64,000 nucleotides of DNA from the human T2T-CHM13v2.0 reference genome, Homo sapiens: assembly GCF_009914755.1 (NCBI RefSeq), contig NC_060925.1; one strand, given 5' to 3'. Below the pieces are notes generated by a model. The model saw only the letters and a program-made list of their open reading frames with translations, ran no database searches and was not told the origin of the DNA. Positions 30,286 through 43,897 of this stretch are shown in pieces. Every line of letters starts with the position of its first letter. Positions within the stretch are counted from its first letter, which is position 1. The position numbers were made by a program, and so were the translations under genes.

Positions 30286-33239
30286 CACCGTGGACAGACA
30301 GTCTACAGGCATCCCTTTAAAATCCAGCTCTGCCCTTTAGAGTGTGGCGATCTTGGGCAAGTCTCTTCATTTCTCGAAATGCTTTTCCTCATCTGGATAT
30401 CCTGCAGGATTGCAAATGCTGGTTGCCCCATCTAGAGTCAAACGACCCAGGATTGGAATTCCAGCTCTGCCACTTCCTAGCCAATAACTCACTAAATTTG
30501 GCAAGACCTCAACATACTTGTCTGTAGAACAGGTAGAGATTATGTCTTTTATCTCATTGAATTTCCAGTGTGTAGCACATAACAGACAGCCAAAAACCCT
30601 TCAGCAGATAAACAGATGAAACTTCCAGCCAGCTGCACACCAAGGGCCAACAATTTTGTTTTAAGCATTTGCTGAAACAAATATCCCCAACTGCTTTAGA
30701 GCTTAATGCATCTTGACATGGCGTCTGATATCCCAGGGATTCTTTTGCCCCCACGTATCATTTGGAATTTGGGTCTTCCTTCAGTTTTTCAGGTCATGTT
30801 GCTCATCTGCTCGCAATCCTCCAGTCACTTCCTGCCTCACTCATACTACAGTCCCAAGGCCCGGGATGACCTGGAGCCCCAAACTCTCCAAACCCATCTT
30901 CTCCTTTCCCGGTTTCTCACACACATCCCTAAAAACACAGGCTTTCTCACTCTTCTCAGAATATCCCAAACATGGCCCTACCTCAAGACTTTTGTGCTTG
31001 CTGCTCCCTCCCTCTGGAGACCTTCCCTAAGTTTCCCACGTAAAATAGTATCCCTGGCTCCATCCCCACCCCACCTCAGTCTTGATAAGCTCTACTCATC
31101 GCCTGCTTTATTCTTCTCCATAGCACTCAGCACCACCTGGACTTCCAGCTCTCCAGCTACCATCTGTCTCCCACCACAGTGAAGGCTCCACGAGAAGGGG
31201 CTTTATCTGCATTTTCAGGGTTGTATCTTTAGAGCTGAGGACACAGCCTGGCACATTAGTAAGTACACAATTAATATGTGTTGAATAAAAATGTTTGCAA
31301 TACTTCTTCAAAGCTATCATTTTAGATCTCCAAGTTCTTGGACTTTTCATTTATTAGTTATTTAAGGCAATAGAATCACAGAATTTTCTATCTTGAAGAT
31401 ACAGTAAAAGTGTTTAAAATTAAAAAAAAAATGTAGAGTAGATATGATGAGGTCCATACAGACTGAATGACTATCTTGGGCTTTAGAGAGTTAGTGATGA
31501 CTACCAGGCCAGCTCTCTTTCCACTAAGCCACAAACTGAGGTAGTTTGTAATTGAAAGTCTAAAATAGTTTTCCTTTCAGATGCCCTTGAATCTTCTAAA
31601 ATGCAAACCTAGGAAGTGTTGGAAATGAAGTTTAACTCAAATTGTTGCCAGTCACACATTTTGGGTCGTCCTTCCCTGCCTGTGTCCTCTGCCCTGACTG
31701 GCTCGCCTCGCCCTCCTCCCATGCTCTCTCCCTCATGGTTGTCAGGACATCGGCCTCTGTGGGACCCCTCATGGGACACACAGGCTTGTTTCATCTCTTC
31801 TTCTCACCCCCAAAGAGAATTAAAACAGTCCCATCATTTCTATTCTCTGAATTCAGAATATATTGGTAGATTTGAAAGAACACAGGAAATTAGAAAAAAA
31901 AATAGCTCTAATCACCACAGAAGAGATGCTGGTTATCAACTGGGCCAACCCCTTCATTTTACAGATGCGAAGGCAGAGGTCCAAAGAGAGGAGGGAAAAT
32001 GATTTGCTCAAAGCAAATGCATTATGTCCCAGGCTGAACTCCTGATTTTCCCTCTCAAAGCTCCCATCGCCTCAGTAAACAGTGTCACTTCAGCCACATG
32101 CTTCAGCCAGAGTCCCAAGAGTTAGCCTTGAGGCCACCACCCACCATATTCAACCCACCAGCACATCCCTTGGCTCTCCTTTCTCCATGTAGTCCAGGTA
32201 GGCCTCATACCCTGCAGGTCAGCCCACCCCAGGCCAGGTCATGCCTCTCTCTTCCAGACTGCTGCAGACCTACTCTTGCCCCCCGACCTCACACCAGTCC
32301 TCCCCACACAAGAGCAAGGGGGGCAACCTGCAAACTCAATCATGCTTATTTTCCCTGCTCTCATCCTCCCAATAGCTTCTCATCTCTTAGGAAAAAAAAA
32401 GGGAAACTCCCCACCAAGGCCCACAAGGATTATGTGATCTGACTTGGGCCATTCTCTCTTTCCTCGCCAACTACCACGCTCCTTCACACTGTTCCAACCA
32501 TACCACACTGGCTTCCTTGCTTTGCTTCAGACACCCAAGCTCCATCCTGCCCAGGGCCTCAGTACCTGTTTCCCCCTTTGCTCAGAAATCCCATGCTCCA
32601 TGCTGACATGTCCCAACCCTCCCCGAACAGCCTAACACAGCTAGCCCCCAGCACTCTTGCCCTGCACCATACTTCACTCTCCCCATAGTGGTTTGCTGGT
32701 TCTCCTATTAGAATAAATATAAACTCTATGCCGGGAGAGGGCTTGTCTTATTCACTGTTGTATTATATCTCCGGCACTTGGAACAATGCTCAGTGGGTAA
32801 GAGCTCAATGAATAGTTGTTAAATAGATAATTGCATGAAGGAATGGATGAATACATGATTTTGCTCCATAATATGTATCTGCTTTGTGGCAGGGCTTGGA
32901 TTTGAACCCGGGTCTTCTAATTCTCAGGCCAGGCTCTTTCCTCTACAAAGTAACATTTTGAGAGTCTGAAGAATCCCACATCTTTAGTTTTAGAGAAAGA
33001 AAAATTGCCTCTGGCTCCAGAAGCCTGTTTTCCCAGAAGGGCCTGGCTGTCCTCACTATGCAGAACACAGCTTGATGCAGCAGAGCTTGAGAATGCACAC
33101 TCATGCTGCAGAGGGGCCAGCCTGGCAGCTCATCACAGCAGCCACTGACAACTGTGGGCACTGGTGGATACTTTGTAGCAGGTGTTTGCTGGACATGCCT
33201 AGCTTAACTGGGTTCCAACGTGCAACATGTAGACTGAAC

Positions 33240-33240
<1 letters not shown>

Positions 33241-33288
<48 letters not shown>
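33241..33288. repeat. (AC)24 microsatellite
   Basis: Read directly. Confidence 0.97.
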
Positions 33289-33292
<4 letters not shown>

Positions 33293-34009
33293 TTTAAACA
33301 AAGCACATCAGAAAAGAGTTCAGGCTTTCACCCTCCCTTCCTGCCAAGCACGGAGACAAACAGTACTGGTCTTGGTTCTCTTTGTCTCTGAGTCTAGACC
33401 ATTCATTTCCTCTCATTCAACCAGCTTTATTTTTGGCGATGTAACTTTCTTTCGTGAGCATATATATTATGTTCTCAGACTTTGTAACCTATGAATCTCC
33501 TGTGAGGACCGACCTACGAATGCTCAGAATACAAAGGCCGGAGTGAGCAGTGCTCTCTGTGAGAGAGAATGTTACGGCAAATGAAAAAACCACCTTCACC
33601 ACCTAAGCAGGATTCTTGCTTCTAATGCAAAATGTAACCTCCCTCTATAGGATGGATAGAGGGATATTAGGTTGAGCACTCAACACACTGGGGTGCTTAC
33701 CACAGAGTACCCCAAAGTGTGGTTTAGGTCTGAGGGACCGGGTGAGCAAGGAAGGCTGCACCGGTGTAGGGACAGGCACAGTCTGGGTCCTTTGGTGGCC
33801 GGGGGTACAAAGGAAGCAGAGCCTGGGCTCCCATCCTCTCCTGCTGTCACAGCCCCTCCATGGAGGCCCTGGCCCTTCTCTCCTCCTCTCTCCTGCCTCT
33901 TTCCAGGATGTTCTTTGCCCCACAGTGAGATGTGAGGGGCATCAAGAAGGCTCCCTGCCATTGACTCTCTCTGTCCAGGGACCGCCATATGTGACTTGTG
34001 CTGTCTGTG

Positions 34010-34400
34010 ACCAGGACGCGGGCTCTTGAAGGAGCAGCGAGGAGCAAGAGAGAGGGGAGCGGACGCCCCGACTCGCGCAGGGCTGAGGCTGGAGGGGAAG
34101 ACTCACAGGGACTACGGTCTACGGGGAGGCCGCCTTGCGCGCCGCGGCTCGGAAGCGGCAGGGGGCGCCCGCGGCTCCTCGCGGCCCCGAGCCGTGAAGG
34201 GCTGGGGAAATTCCTCCCGCTGAAGGCAGAGAGCAGACTGGGACACTGCGGTTCCCGAGAGCCGCAGCCCCGCCGCCTCCGCCCACGCTGGCCCTCGGGA
34301 GGCGGAAGACTAGCTGACGGCGGCCCCCACACGCGCTCTGCAGCCTGGGGGTAACCCTCAGCCCACCCAGTGCCCAGCGAGGGGGCTCTGATCCACAGGC
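34010..34400. promoter_or_regulatory. Small orphan CpG island with GC boxes and an NF-kB site
   Basis: Dense CpGs outside any recognisable repeat; GGGAAATTCC at 34205-34214; CCCCGCC and TCCGCCC boxes at about 34268-34285. Confidence 0.7.
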
Positions 34401-34629
34401 TCCGCCCAGCTCCCTGGGTCCTCTTTTCAGTGGGCCTCTTTTATTGCCTAGCACTGGGGATCGGGGTGGGGGGTGGACAGTTACCCCAGTATAGATACTG
34501 GCTCATCCGGACATATCTGTGCTGCTGCAGGGCACTCAGCCTCCTTCCCTGCAAGATTAGAGGGGCTGTGGAAGACAGAAGAAAGATGCTGTGCTCTTAT
34601 GGACTCCTTTTCCTTAGACTAATGCCCAC

Positions 34630-34743
34630 GGGGAAAGGAAAGGAAAGGGAAGGGAAGGGAGGGGAGGGGAGGGGAGGGGAGGGGAGGGGAGGGGAGGGGA
34701 GGGGGGGGAGGGGGGGGAGGGGAGGGGAGGGGAGGGGAGGGAG
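34630..34743 (+). repeat. Pure-purine pentamer tract (GGAAA/GGGAA/GGGGA)n, G4/H-DNA prone
   Basis: 114 consecutive purines with many G4 or longer runs. Confidence 0.93.
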
Positions 34744-35819
34744 TTAAGCGCTCCATCACCCCCAGGCCAGGCGTCATGGTAGGAAGGTCATAAAGAGGGT
34801 GGGTGGGTCAGAATGCTCCAGGAAAGGAAAGGATGGGACACCAAGATTTGCAGATACTGCCTATGTGCCTGGCACATATTTTAGGGGCTTTGTGCTTTAT
34901 CTCATTTAATCCCCTCGGCACTCCTTTGGAGTAGGTAGGCAGCATAAACCCATTTTGCCAATGAACACTTGGAGGCTCACAGAGAAAAAAGAACTTGCCC
35001 AAGGTCATGGGCTGGAGTGGACAGAGCCATATTCTTTATGCGTTTGTCATAATGAGTTCCTTACAGTGCAGGTGACAGGAGAGACATGAAGGCACAGCCT
35101 ACCAGGACCAGAAGTCCAGGAGGAAGACTCAGTCCTTCTGCTGGGCCCTGCAACCCTATGAGCCTCGCAGGAACCAAGAGAGAGGGAGTTGAGCAGAGAG
35201 GGACCCAGAGGCACCCTCTGTGGGTGCTGTTCCCTGACCTTGACATAGAGGACATTCCTCAACATGGATGTGGGTCAAGGTCCTTCCCTGATGGTGGAAT
35301 GGGTGGAGCTCGTAGTGTGACAGATGGTAGAGAAAGGTGTTCTTACAATTGCCCCTGGGCTAACATTTTCCAGTTGTACCTTTGAACGCTCTAAAAAATC
35401 CTAAAAATCACTTTCACAAAAGTTAATCATTCACTCTGCAGGCCAGATGACCTTTGCTATGTAGTTGGGGTTTTGTTTGCTTTTTTTTTTTAAAGTCTTG
35501 TAGTTTGTAATTGGACACATATCCTTTAGGTGAAGAAGAAAATAATTTAGGGTCTAGTAAAAGGCTTGGTTTTCTTCTTGCCCTCCATCTCCCAGGAGTT
35601 TAGAAACATTTTCTCAGTGAGAGGCTATAAATTGAAGACTGAAAACAAATTAATCTTCCAAAGCTGTGGCCTTCATGGAGTACTATATACAGGAGACCCC
35701 AGGAGACAAAAACATACCAAAACCAAAAAATCAATAAAATCCAAGCCATCACCCACCCTGCACCTGATTCCTTAGGCCCCTGCTGTCATCTGGGTGGCAG
35801 CTAAGTTTACCAACAGAGA

Positions 35820-36043
35820 GGATTCTGGAAATTTCATTGGTACAGTACTCTAACCAGCTTTGCCCTTTGAGAAATGGACTTTGGAAATTGCATTGGTACA
35901 GTACTCTAACCAGCTTTGCCCTTTGAGAGATGGATTCTGGAAATTTCATTGGTACAGTACTGTAACCAGCTTTGCCCTTTGAGAGATGGATTTTGGAAAT
36001 TTCATTGGTACAGTACTCTAAACAGCTTTGCTCTTAGAGAGAT
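35820..36043. repeat. Minisatellite, 4 x 56 bp
   Basis: Unit GGATTCTGGAAATTTCATTGGTACAGTACTCTAACCAGCTTTGCCCTTTGAGAGAT starts at 35820, 35876, 35932 and 35988. Confidence 0.95.
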
Positions 36044-39000
36044 GCAAGTGTGGAGCTTTTCTATTTTAATATTTCAATCACCTAAAAGTTAATTGACCTC
36101 CTATAATAATTTGGGAGGTCAAATTGGCTATGTAAACTGGACAAGCCACCCAACTTCTTTAGGCCTCAGATTCCCCTTCTGTGCAGAGGCTGGGGAGTAA
36201 GCTCCAAGTTCTCTTCAAAGGCTAATGCTCTGCAGCCTGTAATCCTGCAGGTTGCCTTAACAGGCTCCCCAGCTCTGTTCCATTAACTATTTTTGGCTCA
36301 GTGATTAGAAGGCCTTGTTGGGCCACACCCTTACCTCTGACATTCTGACAACTGGCTGGACATTTTCACTAGGTATCCCACTGGGCACTCAAACTCAAGA
36401 TGCACAAACCAAACACATCACCTCTCCTTTCTTCTCCTCCTCTCAGCCTAACTCTGACTTCCCTTTCTCTCCTTCAGGCATCTGAGCTGGGAACATCAAT
36501 ATCGTCTTTAATGTCTCGCTATCCAACAGCTTCCACATTCAGTGAGTTCCCGAGACCTGAATATCTGGCTGCGAAGAGCCCTCCTCTTCATAGTCCCACA
36601 GCTTCTGTCCAGCTCAGGCCCTTGACCCCCTCACATGGGCTCTTGCCACCACATCCAGCATGCCCAACAACCTCCCCTCCTTTTTCCTTTCTCTCCCCAC
36701 TCTGACACATACAAAGTGTCACTACCAGATCATCGCACTCACCCACAGCTCCGGCAAGCCTCTCCCCTGCTACAGAAACTTGAATGGTTTTCTTTTGCCA
36801 GCTGAGCAAACAATTGCCATTCGGGACCTCCATGATATAGCCTTAACCTAACTTCCCTCCTGCACCCACTCCTTACACTTCAGCCAAACTCAGTGTCCTT
36901 CACACACAGGCCAGCTTTTCTCGTCTGTCTCCATACTCTTCACATTCTCTCTGGAACATGCACAGCTCCCATACCTGCCTATGAAAACTCTACTTCTTCA
37001 TTAAGGCCGAGTTCAAATGATACTTTTACCTTGAAATTTCCCAGGAGATCCCACTTAAGATCAATTTCTCATTTATTTTTTCAGCCAACAAATATTTATT
37101 GAGCACCAACTATGTGCCAGGTTCTGTTCCAGGCCCTGAGAATTCAATGGCGAATAGGAAGGATGCATTCCTACTCACAGGGAGCTTGCTGTTGGTGGGT
37201 GACAGAACAAAAGGAAGCAAACAAACAAAGGGTAGATCCTAGTAAGGGCGATGGAGGCGCTCTTGGAGTGGTTGACCTTTATTACAGTCTACTTGTAGTA
37301 TGCCTTTTTGCAATTAAATGCTACCTTGAACACCCTCTGAGGGAAGAATCTGAGTCTCATTTATCATTGTGACTTCCACAGTGCCTGACATCACCTCATC
37401 CGTGTAATACCCCCTCAGAGTGCATTTGTGGAAGGAAGGGAAGAAGAAAGGAAAGAAGGAAGGGATGGAGGGAGGGAAGCAAGAAAGAAAGAGAAGGATT
37501 TGAAAAACATTTAAACAAATACTCCAGGTCAGGAGTGGAGCACCTATTAATATCTTACTAATTAAAACACAAACGATATTCTCATTTTGCATTTGTCAAA
37601 GGTTGTCAACTTTGCAATCCCTAGAGGTGCCTAGAGGTGTTTTTCTGTGTAAGAGCCTCACTCGAGATAGGAGAGGCAACATGGGGCAGGGGAAGGGCAC
37701 TGCATGGATCTGGGATTTAGTCCCTGCCCTGCCACATAATGGTTGGGAGGTTTTGACAAGTTCCTGAATCTCTCTGAGCCTTAATGTCCTCATCTGTAAA
37801 ATGGGGATCATAAAACCTGCCTCACAGACTTGGAAAACTAAATGACAAATTCAGCACCCCAAAATCATAAAATTAATTCAGGAGTATCCTAAGTTCTTAT
37901 ACTGGCTTTGTTTGGAGGACACGAAAGTAGGCTATCTGCCTCCAAAAGCAGAAATCTTTGGATATAGGAATATTTAAAAATATTATTTTTAAATCTCTTG
38001 TTCTGGATTCTTAAGGAAGAAAGAATCCTGGGCTCTCAACCTCACGCTACCTGAGAAGCAACTGTGCCCTTTCTTACTCTCCCCTAAAAAATGTACTCCC
38101 AGAATTGCGCTCCTTCCAACCATTAGAATTTGTTGCTTCAAGCACAGGAGCCATACAATTGCCTTCCCTAAAAAGCATCCTCTATTGCCTCCTGCTCCCA
38201 GAAAATATGGCATAAGATGAAGTCATCTCTTGCCCTTGGCTATGATTTGCTAGTGCCAGTGTGTGAAATGTGGCTTACCCATACCTTCTACTCACCAAAC
38301 ACAGATTGCAAAGATCCTGCAAAGGTCTCCCTTAGCCCACTGCCCTATTCCAATACTGTCTCAGACCCAACTTCACATCTTCTGTGCTTTCTAGAATTCA
38401 CTCATCTCTGTATTCCCTATGTCAGACAGATTCCCATGGGGTTAGAGTGGTAGCAAATGACTTAGCCTCCAGATGTTTCATCCAGAATTAAGCCTCTTGA
38501 AACACATTATCACTCCAACATGATGTGCTTTCAATAGGGTAAGGACTATGCTGGTGACCGCTAGGAAATAAATTTGCCCCTTGCTTGTCCAAAGTGTCCG
38601 GATGGGCTCTAGAGTTTTGGCAAAAGTTCCTTGCAGCATCTTGAGCTGTTATTCCGTTTTAAAATTAAGTCCCTTGAAAATGGCTCTTGGCCTTTAAAAT
38701 CTGCTTCTTTGACAAAGACAGCATATACACAGTTTCTTGGACAGATAACCCACTGGATATTTGATGAGTGTTCACTGAACTAAAGAAGGGGGAGTTACTC
38801 AAATATAAGCAATCTTTCATCAGCACATTCCTCACTCGAGTATTCCTAGAATATCACCCCTAACCCCTCCTGACCAGCTCAATTAACCAGAACCCCAGTG
38901 GGTATGTTTCCCAGTTTCTTGGTTTCTCTTCCTTCCTTAACACATACATGATTTTTGTTTTAGTTGGTGGGATTCAGAGGAGTAGGGGGTCTCTGAGATA

Positions 39001-39729
39001 AACATTTTTTTAACCTTTCCTATGGTGCTGATATCAGACAAATGTTTTAATGAAGTTGCGGAGAATTGGAGAGAATAGAATGGAATACTCTGGCAACTTT
39101 CATTCTTGCCTGAGAGTCCCCTTGCCCCTCCACTCCCACCTTTCACCACTTACTTCAAACATGGTAGAATAGCTCACACTCATGGTAAGAGAGATAATCA
39201 CAAAAGGAAAAGAAGCATCTGGAGAGCAGTTATCGAAGGAGTGGCGAAGACTTCTCTGCTGTGGGTGAACTGAACTCTTGATTTTGTGAAGGTTAACTGG
39301 AGCTGGAGCTGCAGAGCTGTGAGTTCCTGCTCCCACTGGAAACTTTCTCCAGTGAGGCCTGGAGCTGCTGTCCTTGGGTGAAATTGCTCGTGGGCTCACC
39401 TTCTATTCGGGGGACACAGAATTCCACTCTGTCACCATCTGGGGGCTTAAGGGCAGAGTCAGGGGAGAGTCAGTGGGAACTTCTGCTGGCAGGGGCCTTC
39501 CACTGAGGGCCTGGTCCTGTGGCATGGCTCTGCTCATTAGTACATATGAAGCCATCTCAATTCTCTAAGGCAGTTTTCCCATCTGTAAAAATGGGATCAA
39601 TAATACACTTCATATGGTTGTGGTTCAGTGAACTATGTGAAATGTATTTGAAAGTACATTGTATTGAAAGTGTAGTACAAATGCTAGTTACTGTCATCAC
39701 AGAGATGACACATACAAAAACATAATTTT

Positions 39730-40950
39730 TTTGAACTTTATATTAAAAATTAACATATAGTAAAACTGGTTTGTATGTGAACAGTTTTATGAAACATAAT
39801 ACATGTATAGATTTGCATAACCATCACCACAATAAAAACAGAGAAGAGTTTTGTTGCCCCATTCATTCACTGAATAACATTTATTCATGGTGTATTATTA
39901 TTTTATATATTATTGTTGTATATGTTTTATATTGCTGGATTCAGTTTGCTGTGTGTGTGTGTGTTAACAACATTCAATATGAAACCTACCCTCTTAACAA
40001 ATTTTAAGTATATAATACAGTATTATTAACTACAGGCACAATGTTGTATACTAGAGCTCTAGAATTTATTCACCCTGTATAACTAAAACTTTATACGCTT
40101 TGAATAGCAACTTTCTATTTCCCTTGAGGGATATTGTTTTAAAGTTTTCTTTTCTTGTACTGTGTTTGTCTGGTGTGAGGGTAATGCTGGTTTCATAAAA
40201 TAAGCTGAGAAATATTCCTTTCTTTTTTCTGGGAAGATTGCTGTTATTTCTTGTTGAAACATTTGCCAGAATTCATCAGTGAGACCATCTGAACTTAGAG
40301 ATTTCTTTTTCAAAGGATTTTCAACTATGAATTCAATGTCTTTAATAATTATAAAACTATTTATATTATCTATTTCATGATGGCTAGATTCTGGTAGATT
40401 GAAATTTTCAAGAACTTGGTGCATTTTTATCTAACTTGCAGGATTTGTATGTGTATAATTTTTTGTAATACTCTGTTATTATTATTTGTTTTAAATGTCT
40501 GTAGGGTCTGTAGTAATACTCCTTTCATTTCTGATACTGGTAATTTGTATCTTCTTTTTAAACTAGATGTTTACCAATTTTATTAATCTTTTCAAAGAAC
40601 CATTTTTGGTTTTATTGATTTTCTCTATTGTTTTTCTATTTTTAATTTCATTGATATATATACTTATTTTGTTATGTCTTTCCTTTTGTTTACTTTGAAT
40701 TTGCTCTGAATTGAATTTGATCTAGTCTTGTAAGATGGAAGCTAAAATGATTGATTAAACACCTTTCTTTTTTCCTAATATAAGCATCTATTCCTATAAA
40801 TTTCCCTCTAAGAACTGCTTTAGATACATACCATAAATTTTAATATGTTATATTTTCATTTACAATCAGTTTAAAATATTTTCTAGTTTCCCTCAAGACT
40901 TCCACTATGATCAAAAAATTATTTAATAATAGTGTTTTGTCTCAAAGTGT
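39730..40950 (-). mobile_element. Ancient L1M fragments
   Basis: The minus-strand ORF 40083..40424 retains L1 ORF2-like KKSLSSDGLTDEFWQ; AT-rich antisense L1 motifs. Confidence 0.65.
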
Positions 40951-42949
40951 TTTATGATTTCCCCACATGTGCTTTTAAAACCGTTAAACCTAGGAAAGTT
41001 GCAGAAATCTAATGAAGCCATTATTTTACAAACTAAATAATTTATTGAGCACGTTCTGTGTGCAAACCCCTAGGCTAAGTGCTGTTTAGGGTGTAAGGCT
41101 GCATGAGTTTTAGTTCCAGCCTTTGAGTAGTTGGAAGTCCAGGAGGGAAATCAAGATATCCATATAAACAAGTGGGGTGTATGGTGGTGGGTGAAACATG
41201 CTGTCGTGTGGTTCATGGTGCAGAGCAGCTCTGTAAGAGGGGTCTCTTCCAGCAGAGGTGCTCAAGGTCAAGGGTGTGAGGTAGGACTTTAGAATAGGTA
41301 GTATTTCCATAATGAAGGTTTTAGGGGAGGGCCTTTTCTAGTTAGTGAGAGCTTTGTCTGAAAGTGGCAGTAGCTCTTGCCCTTTGGGCACCTTTCCCTC
41401 CCAGTGCCCAGGCAAGCCTGCTGCTGCTTGGCACACTTGGCCTGCTCAATTACACACATCTTTGGAGTGAATTAATCAGTCTCACTAGACTGAGCTTTCC
41501 CAAAAGCCTTTAGAGAAACAGATATTTTTCACTGCTTTCTGGACCAGCAGAGGTGACGTTGGGAAAGGGGGACAAAAATAAAGCTAATATTGAAAGAGCA
41601 TTCTACTTCCCACACATCCTGCAATTTCAGAGATAGAGTTTGTCCTTCTGCCTTGTCAGGAACAGAGCTAAGAATCAAGGATGCAAGATAATAAAGCAGC
41701 TCATTGGCAAAACCTGGAGCATGCTGCCACTTTGTGAAAGTAAATAAAATTAGCTTTAGAATTTTCCTTTGGCCTCTCTGGCCTCCAGAAACAAGAGGAA
41801 TATTGGGGTCATTGAGGCCAAAGGAGAGTGGAGTGGCAAGGAGAGGAAGAGGAGGTATTTGCTTAATCTCTGACGGCACTGGCTCATTGCACAAGGGAAC
41901 AGAGTGGGAAATAAGAGGTAAAATTAGCTCCCATCCCTTTGAGACACATGACAGATCAACCAACAAGAAAGAATTCTAGGGAAAGTAAGAATTGACAAGC
42001 CAGAAGTCCTTGTAACCAAGTCTTTTTCATCCTTCCTGATGATTTTGGTCATATTTTACCTTCTTCCCATTTTTCTTCAAAATTCGACTTGCAGGATTTG
42101 CTTTCAGCACCTGAGAAGAACTGACTAAAAGCAATGCTTCTGAAATTTTTGAAACTTACATTTTTGTTATTTTTTTGCACTTACATAATTTGATTTTTAC
42201 TGAAGAATGATTTGTGTATATGTTGGTGACTTAACAAGAAAAAATACTTTTTAGGTCTTCTAGGAAAGATTTAATTTATAGAACACTAGAACTAGATTTA
42301 ACTTTATAGAAAAGAAGATTTTTTAACGGTTACTTTCTCATGAAATTTTCTTGGACAAATTACTTGAACTCTCAAAGTCTCAGTTGTTTTTTTTTTTTTT
42401 TAAATCTGGAAAACAGAAATAATAATATCTACCTCATGGGGTTGGCGTGACACAGGAAAGATAGCAATTTAAGAGTGTTAGCTGCAACTGGGCAAATGTA
42501 GATCCCTTGATATAGATATGGCCTGCATGAATAAATCAACAACAGAATAAATTAACCTAATGCTTTATGAAATCTTACCATGGAACTTCCAAACAATGCT
42601 ATGAAATCAGAACTAATCTTGGTACCTTAGTGTCTGGCCCCAAAATGAAAGGTCGATATATGACCTGTTTTCTCATGCAAGTAACTAATCTGTTCTAAAG
42701 AGGAATAATTCTAAAGCAGAAGGAAGTTTTGTGAAGAAACAGATTGTGATTTATGCAAAAACAAGACTTCCTAAGGGATTTTATATTTTTATGGTGCTTT
42801 ATAGCTCATAAGTGACTTTAACCTTCCTCATCTCTTTTGGACCAAAATCACCCCCAGAAAAAAGCTGGAAAGGGGTCAATCACCTTGGTTTTACAAATGG
42901 AGAAATAAAGGCTTCAAAAGAGTAAAGAACTCATCCACAGGCCAGGTGC

Positions 42950-43197
42950 GGTGGCTTACACCTGTAATCCCAGCACTTTAGAAGCCTGAGGTGGGTGGGT
43001 TGCTTGAGTTCTGGAGCTCGGGACCAGCCTGGGCAACATGGTGAAACCCTGTACTTACCAAAAATACAAAAAATTATCCAGGCGTGGTGGTGTGCACCTG
43101 TAGTCCCAACTACTCAGGGGCCTGAGGTGGGAGGATTGCTTGAGCCTGGGAGGCAAAGGTTGCAGTGAACTAAGATCATGCTAATGCACTCTAACCT
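42950..43197 (+). mobile_element. AluJ lacking its 3' end and poly(A) tail, inside a MIR-like element
   Basis: Alu sequence stops at ...gcactctaacctc; MIR-like sequence on both flanks. Confidence 0.8.
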
Positions 43198-43555
43198 CAA
43201 GGCTAATAAAGGCTAGAAGTAGCCTCAAACTCAGTCTTCTATGTCCAGCTCTAACTAAGGTCACTTTGGTTTAGGAACTATAGTTAAAGATATTCCAAAG
43301 TACTATTGAACCCTTTTCTACCTATGGGTATATTTTTCTGTTTTCCTACATATAAAGTGGCTACAAGCACTTGAGTAAGGGTTTAGATGAATGTTTGATT
43401 AGTTTTTATGATGAAAGTATATAAAGTTTCACCAAAGTTCTTGAAGTACTCATGTGTGAATAAGCTCCCAATGTATAATGGGGTTGAACTAAATGAGAAA
43501 AAGATAGTCAAGTGGTCTATTCTGCAGGGTTGCTCTGAGTTATTGCATAGCATGC

Positions 43556-43897
43556 TGCTGTGATCTGAATGTTGGTGTCTCCCCGCCAATTAACATGTTG
43601 GGACTGAACACCCAACATAATAGTATTCAGAGGTGGGAAGTGATGACGTCATGGGGCCCCCCACCCTTATAAATGGGATTGCTTCCTTATAAAAGAAGTG
43701 AATCTGTTGTGCCCCTTCCACCATGTGAGGACACAGTAACCAGGCACCATCTGTGAGGGCCTTCACCACACACTGAACCTGCTGGTGTCTTGATCTTGAA
43801 CTTCCCAGCCTCCAGAACTGTGAGCAATAAATTTCTATTGTTTATAAACTACCCAGTCAATACTATTTTGTTATAGTGGGCCAAATGAATGAAGACA
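43556..43897 (+). mobile_element. MLT1A-like MaLR solo LTR
   Basis: tg...ca ends; cttcccagcctccagaactgtgagcaataaatttctattgtttataa motif. Confidence 0.82.

Noticed and set aside
33847-34747. ORFs of 111-161 aa, including a GEGRG-repeat 'RGG-like' tail
   Set aside because: Artefacts of the CpG island and the (GGGGA)n tract; mostly non-ATG starts and no domain similarity.
35820-36043. Regularly spaced repeats superficially like a CRISPR array
   Set aside because: Units are contiguous with no unique spacers, there are no cas genes, and the context is eukaryotic. It is a minisatellite.
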